From Fastidiosibacter lacustris (lineage in GTDB: Bacteria; Pseudomonadota; Gammaproteobacteria; Francisellales; Francisellaceae): a stretch of 32,000 nucleotides of DNA. The first letter of the stretch is position 1. Each line of letters starts with the position of its first letter. Shown here in pieces: positions 27,230-32,000 of the stretch. A program made the translations under genes and the position numbers. The stretch lies in NCBI RefSeq assembly GCF_003428155.1, contig NZ_QLIR01000001.1:150001-182000 (forward strand), in the 5' to 3' direction. The notes beneath the pieces are model-generated. The model was not told the DNA's origin, did no database searches, and worked only from the letters and a program-made list of their open reading frames with translations.

Positions 27230-27244
27230 TTGATTTAAAATCAA
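27230..27244. promoter_or_regulatory. Perfect palindrome TTGATTT-A-AAATCAA upstream of the nucleoside transporter
   Basis: 7-1-7 palindrome in the nupC/sspA divergent intergenic region. Confidence 0.45.
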
Positions 27245-27382
27245 AACGCGCGCATCTTAATACTTTTAGTTAGAATTGTCATGTGATACTTTATATTTTG
27301 ATTTTCAAATGCGAAGCAATTGACCATGCCAGTTAAACCATTTAACATTGTCGGATCATTTTTTTGTAGATAAAAGCATTTC

Positions 27383-27994
27383 ATGTATATCACACTTTAT
27401 GTTAAAAAAGACTGTCCTTACTCACACAGTGCATGTATTGCATTAGAAGAAAAACGTATGAATTTCAAGGTAGTAGAGCTTGATGAGAAAAAAGATAAAG
27501 AACAAATTTTTACACTTAATCCAGAAGGCATTCTACCTATTTTGAAAGAACGTGACTATGTGATTTATGATCCTGAAGTTGTCATGTTATATATTGACGA
27601 GCGTTATCCAGCACCTTCATTGTTACCTAATTACCCTGTTGAGCGTGCTCGGACACGTTTGGCAATGAAGCGTATCGATCGGGAGTGGTATTTGTTACTT
27701 AACTTTATCTTAGCTGCTATAGATAAAGCAAAGGTAGAAGAGGCCAAAGCAGCATTGGTGGATAGTTTTCGTGCAATTGAACCTATTTTTTCAGAAAATG
27801 AGTTTTTTATGTCTGATACGATGACACTTGCAGATTGCTCTTTGGCTGCACTGTTACATGCTTTACCCAAGCAGGGCATTGCACTAGATGAATCATTAGG
27901 AGAAATTAGTAAGTATGCAGAGCGTATTTTTGCACGTGAGTCGTTTCAGCGCACTTTACCAAAGCAAATGAAAAAAATCTATCGCCGACATTAG
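27383..27994 (+). CDS. sspA: Stringent starvation protein A-like (GST fold)
   Basis: 203 aa; ITLYVKKDCPYSHSACIALEEK, NPEGILPILKERDYVIYDPEVVMLYIDERYPAPSLLP. Confidence 0.8.
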   Translation: MYITLYVKKDCPYSHSACIALEEKRMNFKVVELDEKKDKEQIFTLNPEGILPILKERDYVIYDPEVVMLYIDERYPAPSLLPNYPVERARTRLAMKRIDREWYLLLNFILAAIDKAKVEEAKAALVDSFRAIEPIFSENEFFMSDTMTLADCSLAALLHALPKQGIALDESLGEISKYAERIFARESFQRTLPKQMKKIYRRH

Positions 27995-28004
27995 GAGTAG
28001 AAAA

Positions 28005-29003
28005 ATGTGGGTAAATCATGCCGTCAATTATTTGTTTTTTATACTAGAAGTGGTGACAGTTGCACTTGCTATTGTAATAGTTTTTGCACTTATTGTTGGC
28101 TTATCGGCAAAAGCTAAGCGCGCAAAAAAAGGGCAATTAAACATTAAATCGCTAAATAAAGCATATCAAAACAGTCAGCAGCAATTGGCACATGAAATAT
28201 TTAATAAGACAGAGTTTAAAAAACTACAAAAACAGCACCAACAGGCACAAAAGTTGCTACATAAAAATAAAGCTGCACTTAGCAACGTTTTTGTTATCAA
28301 CTTTAATGGAGATATTAAGGCCTCGCAAGCAGAAAGTTTGGCAGAAGAAGTCAGTGCAATTTTACAAGTAGCTAAGCCTGATGATGAGGTAGTAGTTAAG
28401 CTTGAAAGTCCAGGAGGAGCAGTTAATGGTTATGGCTTAGCTGCAGCGCAATTAGCACGCGTTAAACAAGCTAACTTAAAACTAACAGCTGTTATTGATC
28501 AGGTTGCAGCAAGTGGTGGATATATGATGGCATCTGTTGCGGATCAAATTATTGCTTCACCATTTGCGATTGTTGGTTCAATTGGAGTGGTTGCACAATT
28601 ACCTAATATTCATCGCCTCTTGTCTGATAAGGGGGTTGATGTTGAATTGCATACTGCTGGCAAATATAAACGCACTTTAACCATGTTAGGCGAAAATACA
28701 GAAGAAGGGCGTCAAAAATTTAAAGAAGAGCTAGAAGTCGTGCATAGACTCTTTAAGGAACATATTACACACTTTAGAAATAAAGTAGAGATAGAAAAGG
28801 TTGCAACGGGTGAGTATTGGTTTGGTCAGTCTGCTTTAGAGCTCAATTTAGTTGATGCGCTTATGACTAGTGATGCTTATTTGTTAGAGAAATATCAAAC
28901 AGGTCAATACAATTTATTCCAAGTTGAATACCAGATCAAAAAGTCAAAATTTGCAGCACTATGTCACAGTACTCTAAATCTATTCCAGCGCGTTGGTCCA
29001 TAA
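28005..29003 (+). CDS. sohB: SohB-like inner-membrane S49 peptidase
   Basis: 332 aa; N-terminal TM, VVKLESPGGAVNGYG, VAASGGYMMASVADQIIASPFAIVGSIGV. Confidence 0.93.
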   Translation: MWVNHAVNYLFFILEVVTVALAIVIVFALIVGLSAKAKRAKKGQLNIKSLNKAYQNSQQQLAHEIFNKTEFKKLQKQHQQAQKLLHKNKAALSNVFVINFNGDIKASQAESLAEEVSAILQVAKPDDEVVVKLESPGGAVNGYGLAAAQLARVKQANLKLTAVIDQVAASGGYMMASVADQIIASPFAIVGSIGVVAQLPNIHRLLSDKGVDVELHTAGKYKRTLTMLGENTEEGRQKFKEELEVVHRLFKEHITHFRNKVEIEKVATGEYWFGQSALELNLVDALMTSDAYLLEKYQTGQYNLFQVEYQIKKSKFAALCHSTLNLFQRVGP

Positions 29004-29009
29004 CACGAT

Positions 29010-29936
29010 ATGGTAGAAGTTAACATCAGCACTTATTACCAAGGTTTTTTAGATCAAATAAAGCAATTAGAGAAAAATAAAAGCCTTGCACATGCTATAT
29101 TATTGCATAATATTGACAAGCTTGATTTAGATGGCTTATTAATTGATATGTGTGCCTCATTGTTAAATCAACAACACATTACTGATTTAACTGCATTTCC
29201 TGATATTTTTTACTTAAAACCAGATGAAACACAGATTAAACTGGAACAAGTAAAAAGTATGTTACAAGGAATTTATTTAAGTAGCTATCAATCTCATGCA
29301 AAAGTGGTAATCATTGCACCAATAGAAGCACTTAATACTTCAGCGGCTAATGCGTTATTAAAGAGTTTGGAAGAACCTCCGCAAAATACTTATTTTGTAA
29401 TGACAAGTAACAATTTACAATGGGTGATTCCAACCTTACGATCACGTGTTCAAGTGTTTAATATTGGTTTGGACTTTGAGCAGAAATGCCAATACTTGAT
29501 GCTTAAATATCAGATGAAACAAAACGAAGCGTTGAAAGCATTGCAAATGAGTCAATTACAGCTTGCCATTATTGATAGAATTAAAGCGAATAAAGATTTT
29601 TGGAATATACGTCGCGAGTTGATCAAAGTGTTATCAAGACAGTTGCCTGTTTTAGCTATGACAATTGATTTAAATCTACAATATCAGGATGCTTTATATT
29701 GGCTAACGAGTTTTATGATTGATGCTTTTTATTATAAGCTTAAAATTGATAAAGTATCTTTTATTGACCAGATTGAGTTACTGGCTCTATTTTGTAACCA
29801 ACATACTCATATTGAGATTTATAAGTATTATCAACGTTTATTAAAACTAAAAGATTATGAAGGCAAACATTTTAATGTAAATAAGCAATTGGCGATTGAA
29901 GCATTACTCGCTGAACTATCATCCCTTGCAAAATAA
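29010..29936 (+). CDS. holB: DNA polymerase III subunit delta'
   Basis: 308 aa; HAILLHNIDK, SANALLKSLEEPPQNTYFVMTSNNLQWVIPTLRSRVQ. Confidence 0.93.
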   Translation: MVEVNISTYYQGFLDQIKQLEKNKSLAHAILLHNIDKLDLDGLLIDMCASLLNQQHITDLTAFPDIFYLKPDETQIKLEQVKSMLQGIYLSSYQSHAKVVIIAPIEALNTSAANALLKSLEEPPQNTYFVMTSNNLQWVIPTLRSRVQVFNIGLDFEQKCQYLMLKYQMKQNEALKALQMSQLQLAIIDRIKANKDFWNIRRELIKVLSRQLPVLAMTIDLNLQYQDALYWLTSFMIDAFYYKLKIDKVSFIDQIELLALFCNQHTHIEIYKYYQRLLKLKDYEGKHFNVNKQLAIEALLAELSSLAK

Positions 29937-29957
29937 AGGATAAATTAAGGAAAACAT

Positions 29958-30236
29958 ATGGCATTATCGTCACAACAAAAACAACAATTCAAAGCCCAAG
30001 CACACAGCTTAAATCCAGTTGTGTTTATTGGTGAAAAAGGATTAACTGAAAATGTACTTATTGAAGTTGATCACGCGTTAGCCGCTCATGAACTTATCAA
30101 AGTCAAAATTGCGGGGATCGAAAAAGAAACACGTCAAGCCACAACACAAGAAATTTGCATTAAAGTTAAATGTGAACTTGTACAAATGATTGGTAATATT
30201 TCGGTTTTATATCGTAAGAAACCAAAAAAACAATAG
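29958..30236 (+). CDS. yhbY: Ribosome-associated CRM-domain RNA-binding protein YhbY
   Basis: 92 aa; LNPVVFIGEKGLTENVLIEVDHALAAHELIKVKIAG. Confidence 0.93.
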   Translation: MALSSQQKQQFKAQAHSLNPVVFIGEKGLTENVLIEVDHALAAHELIKVKIAGIEKETRQATTQEICIKVKCELVQMIGNISVLYRKKPKKQ

Positions 30237-30248
30237 GGTATAGCTAGA

Positions 30249-31217
30249 ATGAGTTTTTTTCCGGTCACAAGACCAAGAAGGTTACGTCGTACAGCAATGT
30301 TAAGAGAACAGATTGCTGAGGTTAAACTTAATATTACTGATCTTATGTATCCTATTTTTGTTGTGCATGGACAAAGTATCAAACGTGAAATAAACGGTAT
30401 GCCCAATCAATATCACTGGTCGATTGATCGGTTGCCTGAGCTTATTAAGGCCATAAAAGAAGCAGGGATCCTGTCAGTCATGTTGTTTGGTATCCCTAAA
30501 ACAAAAGACAAGTATGCAACTGAAAACTATGATAGTAATGGGATTGTGCAACAAGCAATCCGTAATATTAAGATGTTACACCCAGAATTAATTGTTGCCA
30601 CAGATGTATGCTTATGTGCCTATACTAACGATGGTCATTGTGGGATTGTACACAATGATGAGGTTGATAATGATCAAACGCTTGATATTTTACAAAAAAC
30701 AGTCGTTTGTCATGCACAAGCAGGAGCAGATATTGTCGCACCTAGCGGGATGATGGATGGGATGATTCAAGCTATGCGTTATGCACTTGATCAAAACGAT
30801 TTTAACCAAGTTGCGATTATGTCTTATGCAGTTAAATATGCTTCAGCATTTTATGGACCTTTTAGAAGTGCGTGTGACTGTGCACTAAAGGGGGATCGAA
30901 AGAGTTATCAAATGGATTTTCGCAATAAAAAAGAAGCCTTAAAAGAAGCCAAAATGGATGAAGAAGAGGGGGCTGATTTTCTTATGGTTAAACCCGCGTT
31001 GAGTTACCTTGATATTATTCAAGATGTCTCATCATCAACAACACTTCCTATTGCAGCCTATCATGTTAGTGGCGAGTATGCGATGGTGAAAGCCGCCTTT
31101 GAAAAAGGCTGGCTAGACGAGAGGGCTGTAACCCTTGAAGCATTAACTGCAATCAAGCGGGCAGGAGCCAAGGTTATTTTAACCTATAGTGCATTAGATG
31201 TGAGTAAGTGGCTCTAA
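30249..31217 (+). CDS. hemB: Delta-aminolevulinic acid dehydratase (porphobilinogen synthase)
   Basis: 322 aa; RPRRLRRTAMLREQ, VCLCAYTNDGHCGI, DFLMVKPALSYLDII. Confidence 0.98.
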   Translation: MSFFPVTRPRRLRRTAMLREQIAEVKLNITDLMYPIFVVHGQSIKREINGMPNQYHWSIDRLPELIKAIKEAGILSVMLFGIPKTKDKYATENYDSNGIVQQAIRNIKMLHPELIVATDVCLCAYTNDGHCGIVHNDEVDNDQTLDILQKTVVCHAQAGADIVAPSGMMDGMIQAMRYALDQNDFNQVAIMSYAVKYASAFYGPFRSACDCALKGDRKSYQMDFRNKKEALKEAKMDEEEGADFLMVKPALSYLDIIQDVSSSTTLPIAAYHVSGEYAMVKAAFEKGWLDERAVTLEALTAIKRAGAKVILTYSALDVSKWL

Positions 31218-31358
31218 CGTTTCGCTTTTAGCTTCATTCCGTATAATTAAACTTTATATTTTATTTTAATAAGTGTTTTACCTAATCGTTTACGAGTTGA
31301 TTGTCACAAAACAGGTATAACAACGTCTGAGAATGTTTGAAAATAGATGGTTTGAAGA

Positions 31359-31435
<77 letters not shown>

Positions 31436-31491
31436 TTAAACTTCGTGTATTTTAACCAAACATTTTGGTTTTGCAAGTGCGTTTATGCAGT

Positions 31492-32000
31492 TTATTCAGG
31501 ATAAATCTCACCTGCTAGCCCCACAATAAGTGGATCAGGTTTGATCGCAATGTTAGGATCTTTATTTTTATAATCTAGCTTTGATAAAATAAAACGCATG
31601 GCATTGATTCTTGCTCGTCTTTTATCATCAGATTTAATTACGGTCCAAGGTGAAAATTCGGTATCTGTATGTAAAAACATATTTTCCTTAGCTTCTGTAT
31701 AATCATCCCATTTATCCAAACTTGCTTTATCAATAGGACTTAGCTTCCACTGTTTAAGTGGATGAACCGCGCGCGATTGAAAACGTATCTTTTGCTCCTT
31801 TTGACTAACTGAAAACCAAAGCTTAAAAAGGTGTATTCCACTTTGTATTAACATTTTTTCAAGTTCAGGCGCCTGCTTTAAAAATAATTCATATTGTTCA
31901 GGGGTACAAAATCCCATCACTCTTTCAACACCAGCACGGTTATACCATGAGCGATCAAACATCACAATTTCACCTGCAGTGGGTAAATGACGGATATAAC
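31492..32000 (-). CDS. ppk2: Polyphosphate kinase 2 family protein (C-terminal part; runs off window)
   Basis: EIVMFDRSWYNRAGVERVMGFCTPEQYELFLKQAPELEKMLIQSGIHLFKLWFSVSQKEQ; frame stays open to the window edge. Confidence 0.92.
   Translation of the reverse strand, partial: YIRHLPTAGEIVMFDRSWYNRAGVERVMGFCTPEQYELFLKQAPELEKMLIQSGIHLFKLWFSVSQKEQKIRFQSRAVHPLKQWKLSPIDKASLDKWDDYTEAKENMFLHTDTEFSPWTVIKSDDKRRARINAMRFILSKLDYKNKDPNIAIKPDPLIVGLAGEIYPE

Overview
The window splits into two parts at about position 14006. Positions 1-14006 are the right-hand end of a P2-like (contractile-tail) prophage. It carries gpV, gpW, gpJ, gpI, tail fibre, a fibre-associated ORF, a spanin-like pair, tail sheath, tail tube, gpE/gpE', tape measure, gpU, gpX and gpD, followed by a tyrosine integrase on the minus strand. 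It ends in the 3' half of a tRNA-Arg(CCG), which I read as the attachment-site copy. Positions 14007-32000 look like core chromosome of a Francisella-like gammaproteobacterium (taxon inferred only from protein character and low GC): DUF1841-like, nth, rnfB-like, a KimA/APC-type permease, rho, trxA, topA, a large fused enzyme, a nupC-type transporter, sspA-like, sohB, holB, yhbY, hemB, tRNA-Ile2(CAU) and ppk2 (partial). Observations worth follow-up: (1) a 1121-aa fusion of 2-oxoacid dehydrogenase E1alpha + E1beta + lipoyl domain + KAS III (FabH-like) with no E2 catalytic core or E3; (2) a two-gene reverse-strand cassette between gpV and gpW, with a promoter (TTGCTT-17-TATAAT) whose spacer holds a perfect 15-bp palindrome, plus nearby inverted repeats, resembling a moron or anti-CRISPR-type layout; (3) an HTH + GHKL ATPase + STAS-like protein with its own sigma70-like promoter inserted between gpU and gpX; (4) an 80-bp near-identical direct repeat covering the leader and start codon of both gpW and gpE; (5) a canonical C CCA AAG slippery heptamer that would produce gpE-E'; (6) a G9 tract ahead of the inner-spanin-like gene; (7) a truncated 5' remnant of a DNA cytosine methyltransferase gene abutting topA.
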